Source: Flectonema sp. DT1601
Taxonomy: Eukaryota
Reading direction: 5' to 3'
Length of the DNA: 64,000 nt
Assembly: GCA_964019425.1 (NCBI GenBank)
Contig: OZ025786.1
Coordinates: forward strand, 1,116,001-1,180,000
The notes beneath the pieces are model-generated. The model searched no databases. It saw nothing but the letters and a program-made list of their open reading frames with translations, and was not told the DNA's origin. This document shows, piece by piece, positions 21,907 to 32,176 of this stretch (positions are counted from its first letter, which is position 1; every line of letters begins with the position of its first letter). The position numbers were made by a program, and so were the translations under genes.

Positions 21907-23060
21907 TTAACGATTTAGCACAGACCGTTCGAGAACGCAATTATTAACAGGCAGCTGTACAGATTTCAGTGATCTGCAATTCCTGAGAAAGAACGCACCA
22001 ATTTCGTTCACACCATTAAAATTTGAAAGGTCAAGAGAAGTGATGTGTGAACAGTAAGTCAAGAAATGACTTCCTATTCTGGTAACATTACTAAGACCTG
22101 AAAGGTCAAGAGAAGTGAGGAATGTACAAGAATACAAAAAGTAATCCCCGATAACGGTAACGCCACTAAAACCTGAAAGGTCAAGAGTAGTGACGTGTGA
22201 ACAGTGTGCCAAGAAGTCATTTCCAATAGTGGTAACAGAACGAAAACCTGAAAGGTCAAGAGAACTCATTCGTGCACAGGTATGCAAAAAATCATTTCCA
22301 ATACTGGTAACACCATTTAAACTTGAAAGATCAAGAGTAGTGATGCTTATACAGCCAAACATAAACTCATGTTCAAGAGTAGTAACTCCACTGAGACCGA
22401 ATGAAAGGTCAAGAGAAGTCATTCGTGTACAGCGATACAAAAAACCACTTCCAATACTGGTAACATTACTAAGACCTGAAAGGTCAAGAGCAGTGCTTTC
22501 AGCTAGGTGGGAACAAGAAGACAAAAAATTACGCCCAATACTAGTGACACCACTAAGACCTGAAAGGTCAAGAGAAGTGATTTGTTCACAGCGATACAAG
22601 AAATCATTCCCAACAGTGGTAACTTGTGAGATGACTTTGCTGTCTGCATTTGAATTGCGGAAAGAAATCTGTTTGGCTTCTGAAGGAAGCAGATCACTGG
22701 CAATACTCAGACAACCATCCTCTGAGAATGTGGGGGTGTTCAGATATAAATTCTCTGTAATGTGGTCTCTCATCCAAAGAAGCAGCTTCTCTTTTTTTCC
22801 AGCATCAACAAACCAGCTTTTATCAAACATCCGAACTAGCTTTCTCAATATTTCCAACTCGCTGTTTGCGACTACTCCACAATCTGATAACCGCTCAGTT
22901 TCGCAAAGGGCATCACCAGCAAACGAGAGTTCAATTTCCCCGTATCGACATCCCACTCCCCAGCTGCCTCCGTCAACACGTCCCTCACAACCGAATCAGC
23001 ACCAACTGTGACTGACACCGCAGGGAATCCAAAATCCGGACACGTCACGAAAACCTGCAT
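21907..23060 (-). pseudogene. Ubiquitin-like N-terminal domain + BspA-type leucine-rich repeat gene, split by a 1-nt frameshift (pseudogene or sequence error)
   Basis: ORF 22872..23060 (MQVFVTC..EWDVDT) and ORF 21907..22956 (EIELSFAGDAL..GVVANSELEI) form one Ubl domain if one base is added in the C4 run 22938..22941. Nine ~25-aa repeats VTxIGxxFLxxCxxITSLDLSGLSx follow. Confidence 0.8.
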
Positions 23061-23308
23061 TGTTGTTTTAGTAATCTACTGGAAGACAAAAAAAAAATAT
23101 TTATTAAATTGTTGAAGTGTTTCAAACGATGGCAGAAAATACCAAAATTCAGATTCCAATCCAAACCAGATGAACAAGTTGCTTACCAAAAATGATGGAA
23201 AGCTGTTGGAGTTATGAAATTATTAATTAACTACTAAAGCCGTAACGTCTAAAACCTAAGAAAGTAATCCAAAAGATAATTTGTTTCATATTCAAAAACA
23301 AGACTTGA

Positions 23309-24343
23309 TCACGTAACGCTGCCTCCATTCATAAATATAAGAGTTTCAATAGCTCCATCGCTAAAGTGATGAGATTTTGGTATTTTAATGGAAGAAGACA
23401 AGGCTGAGTGTCTCATTCCGATTTGTTTGAGAAATCGAATTTCATTTTTGTGAAATCCAAAAACAGAATTATGACCCAACCGAGTTGGGTAGTTCGGTAC
23501 GTACAATGACCAATAATTTAATCTCAACGAGGTATGAAGAGTTTTACTAACGAATCTTAAGTTCTGAAGACAACTAATCGATAAATACGAAGCAATCCCA
23601 AACGTTAAAATAACATCCACAACCGAAGTAGACTTTTCACTAATCACACTCTCCTTACACGCTGAGAATACTATTGAGGATTGACAATACCGTGCCATGC
23701 ATGATCTTATTCTGGGAAGTGAGTTCTCAACCAAGTGTTGTAGTAAAGGTGATTGCGGTGGTTTCTTATTATCATATTCGATACAAATGGCTACAGCTGC
23801 TAATATTTGAGGAGGGAAACAAACAATCAGGGGAGGTGTAACCAAAACATTAACAAGACTATGTAGTAGTTTATAACTTTCTACTTCCTGATGTGACTGC
23901 TTTACTTCAGTGATGAACACTTCCAAGACGTTGAAGGGACTGTGGACTTTTAAATTAAAATCGATAGCTTCCAAAATAGCCAACTCATGAGAAGTTAAGC
24001 TCTCGTTAGAAACACCTTCGATGATGTCTCCGAATAGAGAAATGAACGTTTCTTTTTGTATATGTTCGTCTTCGACTTTTATAGAAAGGTATAACGCAGA
24101 GGAGAGTATGTACAGACTTTCCTCACCAGATGATCTCCTCTGTCTGTCTCCAAATAAATAATATTTTGATAAATACATGCAAGTAGTCACAAACACACCC
24201 AAACTCAAACCCATATCTCTTGATATAACGTACGTCATGTTGAGCATCTCACTGACGGGGGTGTAAACTTCTCTAGCCAGTCCCTTCTCAATGGTAACTA
24301 CGTCTTCTAGGCATTTTCGATGAGTTGAATTCTCCCACAACAT
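23309..24343 (-). CDS. Cyclin-fold protein (transcriptional cyclin C/H/L-like) with F-box-like C-terminal segment
   Basis: WENSTHR N-terminus; cyclin box SALYLSIKVED..ELAILEAIDFNLKVHSPF; second fold FPPQILAAVAI. Confidence 0.8.
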   Translation of the reverse strand: MLWENSTHRKCLEDVVTIEKGLAREVYTPVSEMLNMTYVISRDMGLSLGVFVTTCMYLSKYYLFGDRQRRSSGEESLYILSSALYLSIKVEDEHIQKETFISLFGDIIEGVSNESLTSHELAILEAIDFNLKVHSPFNVLEVFITEVKQSHQEVESYKLLHSLVNVLVTPPLIVCFPPQILAAVAICIEYDNKKPPQSPLLQHLVENSLPRIRSCMARYCQSSIVFSACKESVISEKSTSVVDVILTFGIASYLSISCLQNLRFVSKTLHTSLRLNYWSLYVPNYPTRLGHNSVFGFHKNEIRFLKQIGMRHSALSSSIKIPKSHHFSDGAIETLIFMNGGSVT

Positions 24344-24585
24344 ACCCAAACTGAAATAATTGTAAAGTTATAAATACGAACAATTAGTAATACGAGACTC
24401 ATATCGTAAAAAAGAAGGTGTGATCGGAACAGTAGCTGAAGGTACTCAACGCTGTCTCTTTATATGTAGTAAGTCTAATTTGTAGAAAAGTAAATATAAA
24501 TTAATAAAAGATCTAAATCAAACTAACTAAAAACAAACATAAAGTAATAACAGGTATAAAAGGATACAATACAACGACAGGGAAC

Positions 24586-26058
24586 TCATGCGGCGCAAGA
24601 CGTGTCTTCCGGGTCTGGGGAAGGTTCATCTCCTTCCTCTTGTTGTGTTTGCTGCGCTTCAGCTTCTTCTACAACTTGCTCATGTTCGATATCAGTTTGG
24701 GTTAGCTCTGTTTCTGTTTCTGTTTCTGGTTGTTGTTGTGGATCTGGTTGTTGTTGTGGCTCTGCAACTACTTCTTCCTGCGCCACTACTTCTGGTTCTG
24801 TTTCAGGCTCTGTTTCAGTGACCACTTGCTGAGGTTCCTCAGGTTGTGAATCATCTCTTTTCACTTCCTCCTCCTGTTGGAGAGTTTGTTCTTCCCTCTG
24901 TTTGGGTTCGTCTTCCCTCTGGTTGGGTTCGTCTTCCTTCTGTTGGAGGGGTTCGTCCTTCTTTTCAGTTTCAACAGGTTCTGAGTCTTTTATTATTTCT
25001 TCTTTTTTAGAAGTCGTATCTTCAGCACCTCGCTGCCGACGTAAGACTTCAAGAAGTCCCTCACCAGCTCTGAAATCTCTCATGCGAGCTTCTTCTGGTC
25101 TGATGTTGAAAGTCTCTGAAAGAGGACGTTGCAGACGAGCTGGAGATAGCGGCTGTCGAGAACCTACAGTTGGCTGACACATCGTCGACGGGTTTAGCGA
25201 CGACATTACAGTCTTAGACGGCAGTTCAATACCGCAGGTCATCTTTAACTTCGCTCGTGTGAGAAGTTCCTGCACTCGATTGTTGACTTCCGACTCCATT
25301 GGAGGTGGTGGCACAGCAGGGTTTTGCATCCTGTAAGGAGACACGTTGTGTATTGGAACTAACGGCACCATCGGAACTGCTACAGGAGACGCACTCGCAC
25401 CAAAAAGATGAGGAACACCAACAGGAATAACTGGCTGTTGGAACATAACAGAAGGAGAAACATGAGTCGGAACATACGGTAACGGACTTGGAGTACCTTC
25501 TACCATTGATGGCATCCCTGCTGCTACTGATGGAATACCTAATGGATTACACGGTGGTATCGGTGATGTCATCGAAGGAACAGCAGTGTGAAACAACGGA
25601 GACGGAGACGCTTCTCTAACAAGTTTAACAGCTGCTCGCAATGCTTCTTCTTCAGCAACTCTACTGTGGAGTTCCATACTAATTGCTTGTTCTGTTCTGG
25701 ATTGGATTATCTCTTGTTCTGCTCTGTAGATATCATTTTCTGCTTTTTTGATACGAGCCTCTGATTCCTCTCTCAGTTCTTGCAACCTTTTCATGTCTTC
25801 TAACTCCGAATAAGAATATTGTCTTGGAGGGGTCATCAAATCAATTCTAGGAGGAGACATTACTATCGGAGCGTTAGGAGATGACAACACTGTTGGTGGT
25901 CTCACAGCGATCGCTTCCAAATCTTTTAATCTGTCATCACACCCTTCTAATATTGTAGCTGATTCTCTGTGTAGTCCTCCTCCTATTCCATAGGCAGCCA
26001 TCTCTGCTTTTATAACTGACACCTGTCTGTTCAGCTCTTCTGTACTGAGGAAAGTCAT
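24586..26058 (-). CDS. Hypothetical protein (coiled coil, Pro-rich middle, Glu/Gln-rich tail), 490 aa
   Basis: Long ATG-initiated ORF on the cluster strand with coding-like composition. Confidence 0.75.
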   Translation of the reverse strand: MTFLSTEELNRQVSVIKAEMAAYGIGGGLHRESATILEGCDDRLKDLEAIAVRPPTVLSSPNAPIVMSPPRIDLMTPPRQYSYSELEDMKRLQELREESEARIKKAENDIYRAEQEIIQSRTEQAISMELHSRVAEEEALRAAVKLVREASPSPLFHTAVPSMTSPIPPCNPLGIPSVAAGMPSMVEGTPSPLPYVPTHVSPSVMFQQPVIPVGVPHLFGASASPVAVPMVPLVPIHNVSPYRMQNPAVPPPPMESEVNNRVQELLTRAKLKMTCGIELPSKTVMSSLNPSTMCQPTVGSRQPLSPARLQRPLSETFNIRPEEARMRDFRAGEGLLEVLRRQRGAEDTTSKKEEIIKDSEPVETEKKDEPLQQKEDEPNQREDEPKQREEQTLQQEEEVKRDDSQPEEPQQVVTETEPETEPEVVAQEEVVAEPQQQPDPQQQPETETETELTQTDIEHEQVVEEAEAQQTQQEEGDEPSPDPEDTSCAA

Positions 26059-27249
26059 TTCTTGTTTATGTAAACTGTGGAACGTAGTATGTCTGTAAAG
26101 CTGAACTATTACTCAGATTCACTTCCCACGAAGATTGGAAGATATAATTGAGCCTCCGACTGAAGTACAAAGGAGCCGCTGCTATTCACAATTTAAAAAA
26201 CCTTTTTAAGAACATTGAAGAACTATTACTCACAGACTCACCTCCTGTGAGGCATTTGAACATTTTTTTTATATCGCACTCCTTTAAAGATTGAAGGAAA
26301 TTAAGAAAAATTGACTCAAAACAAACATTCATCACTTCAAACTTTTTTGGGTATTAACGCGGGAAGGGAATGATAAAAAGAAGAAATCATGGATGGTTTG
26401 CTTTTTATCAAGGAGGGAATAATTGTTTTGTGGACATACAACACAACTGCATTATATGATCAAAGACAGGGTAAATAATTATGAAGAATGGGGAGGAGGG
26501 ATAACTCAAAAATAAAAAATAGAAAAGTTTCAATCGCTCCTTTGGAAAAGAAAAATGGAGAAATTGCAGTTTTTTTTTTTTTTTTTTTTTTTTTTGACAT
26601 CTTGAATAAAAAAAATAAAACCATTAATAAAAGAAAGAAAGAAGCGAAAAAACATTCCTCTCAAAACTGCTTGTGAGAGAAATTTGAATCACAGCAGGAA
26701 AACAGCAACAAAACCCTACTTAGAAAGCACCCTTAATTTCAAGGTACACTCTGTTGATGCAGGTATAAAAGTACAAATTGCGTGTAAATAAAAAAAAAAA
26801 TTAGTTAACTAGGCGCGCGTGTAAGTGACTGACTAAGAACGTACCATTGACATCGGAAAAAAGAAACGTGAAAGCCAGCTAATTGCTTAAAAAAAAAAAC
26901 TGAAAAAAAAAAAGAAAAAAAAAAGAGAGCGAAAAACTTTAAGCTACTCCCCACAACTAATGAATCCGAAGAATCCCATCAGAAGGGAGAGGCTTTCGAA
27001 CTATGGAAGATTTTTAAAAAAACAGAGATAAAGAAAACAAATGAACATTCCTCCCTTCTCCTTCTCTTTCATTCGTAAATAATTATGTCCAGTCAAACCC
27101 CAAATATGTACAGGTGGTGGTAATTTGACTTTGGTCAATAAAATATCGTAGGGAAATCAAAGGAATAAGAGGGAACAATCATTAAAATAAATAAAGTGTA
27201 CAAAAAGAAACTAAGCTCCTCCCGTTTTTTTTTTTTTGTTTTTTTTTTT

Positions 27250-30200
27250 TTAGTTCAAATCAGAAGGGAGAACTCCAAGTTTTTTATCTCCAATTTCGAT
27301 TCCGATACGTCCTCTGCTGTGACCAGTTACCTTTGCAGGTTGTTTGTTGTACTGAACGTCAGTACCAACAGGGAACAGTTCTGAGACAGGTTTGGTTTCT
27401 CTTCGTAAGAGTGATGGAGGAATACCATAGACCTGGCTATCAATTTCGATAGAAATACGACCTCTTGCATGACCCTTAACCTCACCAATATTTCCATCTT
27501 GTGGGTGATCACCCGACACACAAACATTAATACCAACAGGAAACATTTCACACGGGTCTGTTAGTAGTCTGAGACACCCAGGTACGATTCCCCTGTTGAT
27601 ACCATCGATGTCAATCCCAATTCTACCTCTGCTGTGTCCCTTTACAATTCCAGTTTCACCCGTTTTTATTATTTCAATCTTTGAATCGATTGGAAATAAC
27701 TTTGTGATATCTCCATCGTTCTTTCTAATGGTCGATGGAGGTACCGAGTAAGTATCATCATCAGTCTTTACAATAACTCGACCACGACAATAATTATTTA
27801 CAATTCCAATTAATCCATTTGTTGATTGAGAATAGTTAATAAACTGAACTGATGTTCCCTTTGAGAATTGTTGTTCAGGTGTGAGTTCAGCAATCCTCGC
27901 CATCCCCGCTGGTATTCCAACTATTGAACCATTCAATAATGAGACACCAATACGTCCTCTGTTTACGGAAGAGACTCGTCCAGTTTTTCCAACGTTTTGT
28001 CCTTCGAGAATCTCGATCTCATTTCCAACTTTAAAAGTCTGAGCAGCACTCTTTCCCGATGATCGCAATTGCTGTGCTGGGATACCAACGTGTGTGTCAT
28101 CACTAAGTTTTACTCCAACTCTTCCTCTTGTGATTCCAGTCACAGTTCCCTCGCATCCGTTAATAGATGATTCTGTTATTACTGTGACGTGATCACCAAC
28201 GTTGAATAATTGTTCAGCTATTTTACCATTTAGTCTGAGTAGTGATGAAGGAACACCAATGACGGAGTTATCACTCAAAGTAACACCAACTCGACCTCTT
28301 GTGACTCCAGAAACACGTCCACAATTTCCATTGTGTTGACTTGTTGGATCACAAATAGTGACTTCGTTACCAATTTGAAATTCCTGAGATGCTTCTTTAC
28401 CTTCAGATCGAAGCATCTGAAAAGGAACACCAATATTAGTCCCGTCGGAAAGACAAACTCCGACTCTGCCTCTCGTGATTCCCGTTACGTTTCCAATTTT
28501 ACCATCGTGCTCACCATCTACAAGGACGACTCGCTGATCTACTTTGAATTCTCTCGTTGCTGTCCGACCATCGTATCGAACTTGTTGTGGTGGAAGTCCA
28601 ATAATAGATCCGTTAGTCAATTCAACACCAATACGTCCTCTATTCTTACCAGTTACTTTACCTGAGAGACCATTAATTGATTGATCTTCTGATATGATAA
28701 CAATCGGTTCTCCGATCTTAACCTGCTGGTCGGCTGACTTCCCAATTGATCGAAGTTGTTGAGGAGGCAGACCAACTGACTCGCCGTTTGAAAGTTCAAC
28801 TCCAATTCTTCCTCTCGACACTCCCTTCACTCGACCATGTTTTCCATTAAGAGTTTTGTCACTACAGACCACATCAACTTCAGCCCCTAAAGGAAACGAT
28901 TGTTGAGCACTCTTTCCGAGGTTGCGTAGATTGTGAGGAGGGACTCCAACTATGGTGCCGCTGTTTAGTTCAACACCAACACGTCCTCGACTGATTCCAC
29001 TAACCCGACCGTGTTTACCATTTAGTTCTTTATTCTCACAAACTATATCAACTTCAGCTCCTTTTTTAAATTCCTGTGCTGCTGATTTCCCCAAATTCAA
29101 AAGCTGCTGAGGTGGTAGCCCCACAACTGTTCCATTCTCTAACTCAACACCAATACGTCCTCTGTGAGTGCCGCATACCTTTCCGTTTCTACCGTTGAGG
29201 TCTTTGTTCTCGCAGACGAGGTCAACTTTGTCACCTATTTTAAAGGCCTGTGAAGCAGTCTTACCAAGACACTTTAACTGTCGAGGTGGGAGTCCAATGA
29301 GGTCACCGTTATCAAGTTCGACTCCGACTCTACCCCTGCTGGTACCTGTGACACGTCCATGTTTTCCGTTTAGATTATGATTGTCTGATATCACATCTAC
29401 TTCTGCCCCAACTGGATACGCCTGATCAGCTGAACGACCAATTTGACGTAATTGCTGCGGAGGGACACCAACAACTGTACCGTTCTCAAGTTCGATTCCG
29501 ACTCTACCTCGGAAGGTGCCTGTAACACGAGCTGTTCGCCCGTTTAATTCTTGATTCTCACAAACTATTTCTGCGGCTGCTCCGACCGAAAACAGCTGCC
29601 CAGCAGACTTTCCGACAGCTCTCAAATGCTGTGCTACAAAACCAACTATCTCACCGTCGTCTAACTGAACACCAATTCTACCTCTGGAGTTGGCACCAAC
29701 GAAACCATGTTTACCGTTATGAGTTCCTTCAATGATATCTACTTCTGTATTGATTGGGAAAGCTTGAACTCCAGACTTTGATGTGTTGCGAAGTTGCTGT
29801 GGAAGGAGTCCAACACTGTCACCATTTAATAGTTGAATACCAACCCTACCTCGATTGTGTCCCTGAACACGACCCATACGACCATTTAGTTTAGGGTCCT
29901 CATGTATGATGTCTACTTCTGCTCCAACAGGAAACTCTTGTGCTGCAGATTTCCTTAATGCGATCAGCATCTGTGGTACTAGTCCGATTTCTCTTCCGTC
30001 AGATAGTACGAGTCCGACTCTACCGCGAGATTCGCCCACGACTCTGGCAGACATTCCGTTAAGTGAATGGCAATCTCCTTTAATTTGAACTTCTGTACCA
30101 ACTGGGAATGATTGTTTAGCAGTCTTCTGTGTAGCTCTGATCATACCCGGAGGGCATCCGATGACAGAATTATCTTCAAGTAGGATACCAACTCTTCCTC

Positions 30201-31656
30201 TGATGGTATTTTGAACTCTTCCAATTTTACCATTGTGATCACCTTGAATAATTGTAACTGCTGTTCCTGGTTTAAATAACTGAGCTGCTGATTTACCAGT
30301 AACTTTAACTTGATCAGAAGGAACACCGATGTGTTTACCAGACTCAAGTTCGATTCCGACTCGTCCTCTGTTTATTCCAGTAACTCTCCCAGAAAGTCCT
30401 GATAATTGTTCTCCTGAAGATGGTAGTAGTTGAACTTCACATCCAACTGTGGGTTTCTTACTCTGCACTAGTCTAACATCAGATGGTAGGAAACCAACAT
30501 TTTCATCGTTACTGAGATTGACACCAATTCTTCCTCGCGAAATGTATTTTACGAATCCAACCATACCAGCGTGAGGGTCACTTCCAACTATCTGAACCTC
30601 AGAGTTAATAGGAAAGTCATGTTTACAAGTTCTTGTTACTAATATTAAGTTACAAGGGAGTAATCCAGCAGTGGTTCCATCTTCAATAAGAACACCAACT
30701 CTACCTCTAGAATGTCCTTGAACTGTTGCTGATAAACCATTTTGATCTGCTCTCTTGGATACAATCTCAACACGAGATCCGATTGTGAACATCTGCTCGC
30801 TGGTTTTTCCGAGTAGTCTGACTGACGTCGATGGAACGCCAGCTACTTTAGTAGAAAGTTGAACACCAACACGTCCTCTATTAAACCCAAGTACTTGTCC
30901 AAGTTGACCAGATTCATCACAGTCAATAAGTTCAACTAAAGCTCCGATTGGAAAGTTTTGTGGTTTCTTCTCTGGTTGTGATATCCATTGCGGTAGTACA
31001 CCAACTCTGATTCCCGTTGAGAGATCAATTCCGACACGTCCACGAGAATAAGAAATGACTGTTCCCTTTTCACCAATGTGCTCACCTTCAGTGATGTGAA
31101 CAGGTGTCCCTTTCGGGAATTTAGTTACCTCATCACAGATATGTCTGAGGCAGTCGGATGGAAACACCCACGAGTCTGAGGAATCGTAAAATGAAACACC
31201 AATACGATTACCTCTCGCGTGATGATTTATAACTCGCCCACGTTTTCCATTATACGAGTCATCACTGTAGTTGATGACATCAACTTCAGTTCCTTTTGGA
31301 TATTTTACCAATAGTTCCTCATAAGGGGAAAGCTGCTCACGTTCTTTTTTTTCAGACCAATTTGCAGTAGACTTAACCACAGCTGGTTTCTCTGCTTCTG
31401 TTGGTGCAGCTGCTGCTTGAGATGTTTCAGCTACTTTTCCTGAAGACGAACTGGCTGCTGCCACACCTCCAGCCATTGCCTGTGCTAACATATGCGCATT
31501 TTTCGTCTCCAAATATGAAATAAGAGAGATGACTGGATCAATTGGTTTATTCCCCAACAAGTGTACCACCATCTCATTTAAAAGTAAAGCAATCTTTTGA
31601 TCTTTGACGTACTTCAAATTTCTCTCAATGTTGCTGCTAGAGCGACCCTTGCCCAT
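27250..31656 (-). CDS. RIIa/Dpy-30-like docking domain + 24 tandem KOW/SH3-like barrel repeats (~1468 aa)
   Basis: N-terminal YVKDQKIALLLNEMVVHLLGNKPIDPVISLISYL. Repeats are ~57 aa, FPVGxEVxIxxxxxNGxxGxVxGxxRGRVGVxLxxGxxVGxPxxxLR, counted by hand. First ATG is at 31656. Confidence 0.85.
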   Translation of the reverse strand: MGKGRSSSNIERNLKYVKDQKIALLLNEMVVHLLGNKPIDPVISLISYLETKNAHMLAQAMAGGVAAASSSSGKVAETSQAAAAPTEAEKPAVVKSTANWSEKKEREQLSPYEELLVKYPKGTEVDVINYSDDSYNGKRGRVINHHARGNRIGVSFYDSSDSWVFPSDCLRHICDEVTKFPKGTPVHITEGEHIGEKGTVISYSRGRVGIDLSTGIRVGVLPQWISQPEKKPQNFPIGALVELIDCDESGQLGQVLGFNRGRVGVQLSTKVAGVPSTSVRLLGKTSEQMFTIGSRVEIVSKRADQNGLSATVQGHSRGRVGVLIEDGTTAGLLPCNLILVTRTCKHDFPINSEVQIVGSDPHAGMVGFVKYISRGRIGVNLSNDENVGFLPSDVRLVQSKKPTVGCEVQLLPSSGEQLSGLSGRVTGINRGRVGIELESGKHIGVPSDQVKVTGKSAAQLFKPGTAVTIIQGDHNGKIGRVQNTIRGRVGILLEDNSVIGCPPGMIRATQKTAKQSFPVGTEVQIKGDCHSLNGMSARVVGESRGRVGLVLSDGREIGLVPQMLIALRKSAAQEFPVGAEVDIIHEDPKLNGRMGRVQGHNRGRVGIQLLNGDSVGLLPQQLRNTSKSGVQAFPINTEVDIIEGTHNGKHGFVGANSRGRIGVQLDDGEIVGFVAQHLRAVGKSAGQLFSVGAAAEIVCENQELNGRTARVTGTFRGRVGIELENGTVVGVPPQQLRQIGRSADQAYPVGAEVDVISDNHNLNGKHGRVTGTSRGRVGVELDNGDLIGLPPRQLKCLGKTASQAFKIGDKVDLVCENKDLNGRNGKVCGTHRGRIGVELENGTVVGLPPQQLLNLGKSAAQEFKKGAEVDIVCENKELNGKHGRVSGISRGRVGVELNSGTIVGVPPHNLRNLGKSAQQSFPLGAEVDVVCSDKTLNGKHGRVKGVSRGRIGVELSNGESVGLPPQQLRSIGKSADQQVKIGEPIVIISEDQSINGLSGKVTGKNRGRIGVELTNGSIIGLPPQQVRYDGRTATREFKVDQRVVLVDGEHDGKIGNVTGITRGRVGVCLSDGTNIGVPFQMLRSEGKEASQEFQIGNEVTICDPTSQHNGNCGRVSGVTRGRVGVTLSDNSVIGVPSSLLRLNGKIAEQLFNVGDHVTVITESSINGCEGTVTGITRGRVGVKLSDDTHVGIPAQQLRSSGKSAAQTFKVGNEIEILEGQNVGKTGRVSSVNRGRIGVSLLNGSIVGIPAGMARIAELTPEQQFSKGTSVQFINYSQSTNGLIGIVNNYCRGRVIVKTDDDTYSVPPSTIRKNDGDITKLFPIDSKIEIIKTGETGIVKGHSRGRIGIDIDGINRGIVPGCLRLLTDPCEMFPVGINVCVSGDHPQDGNIGEVKGHARGRISIEIDSQVYGIPPSLLRRETKPVSELFPVGTDVQYNKQPAKVTGHSRGRIGIEIGDKKLGVLPSDLN

Positions 31657-31759
31657 TTTAACGTTCTTTTTTTTTTTTTTCAACGAAAGGGTCAATGAAA
31701 AAGAAAAAGCCTGTCGGTAAAATAAACTATGAGGAACTGCCACATATCTAACCTACACA

Positions 31760-32144
31760 TGTCACCGCCCTTCTAATTGACTAAAAGTTACTGTCAAATA
31801 CTTTTCGGTGTTTGCAATGTTATCTGAAGAACTAAATAAATATAAAAAACATGAGACACTCATATCAATTTCTTGTATAGACTAAAGGATGCTACAGACG
31901 CTCGGTATGAACGGCTCCTCACGCCGTGGAGGCTACTCCTTTGTTATGGAGGCGAACGGTGAGGGTGATGTTACTATTTTTTTTTTTTTTTTTGAGTGCC
32001 ACATGTGCACAGGAAGAAAAAAGGTTTCTCGCAGGTTACTTCCCACAGGAGAACCCCTTCTCAGTCCTTCCAACTTTTTTTTTCTTTTTTTTTTTGAAAG
32101 CTCACGAGAATCTGAACAATATAGTCTCACGTAAGGGGAATAGG

Positions 32145-32176
<32 letters not shown>

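Noticed and set aside
22020..22620. Regularly spaced ctgaaaggtcaagag repeats resembling a CRISPR array
   Set aside because: These are the 75-nt coding LRR units; the spacers are homologous and in frame, and the context is eukaryotic with no cas genes.
22190..23011. 273-aa plus-strand ORF with ERSRE repeats
   Set aside because: Antisense of the LRR repeats; the open frame is explained by the repeat codon pattern.
24586..24600. C-terminal SCAA as a CaaX prenylation signal
   Set aside because: Cys is third, not fourth, from the C-terminus.
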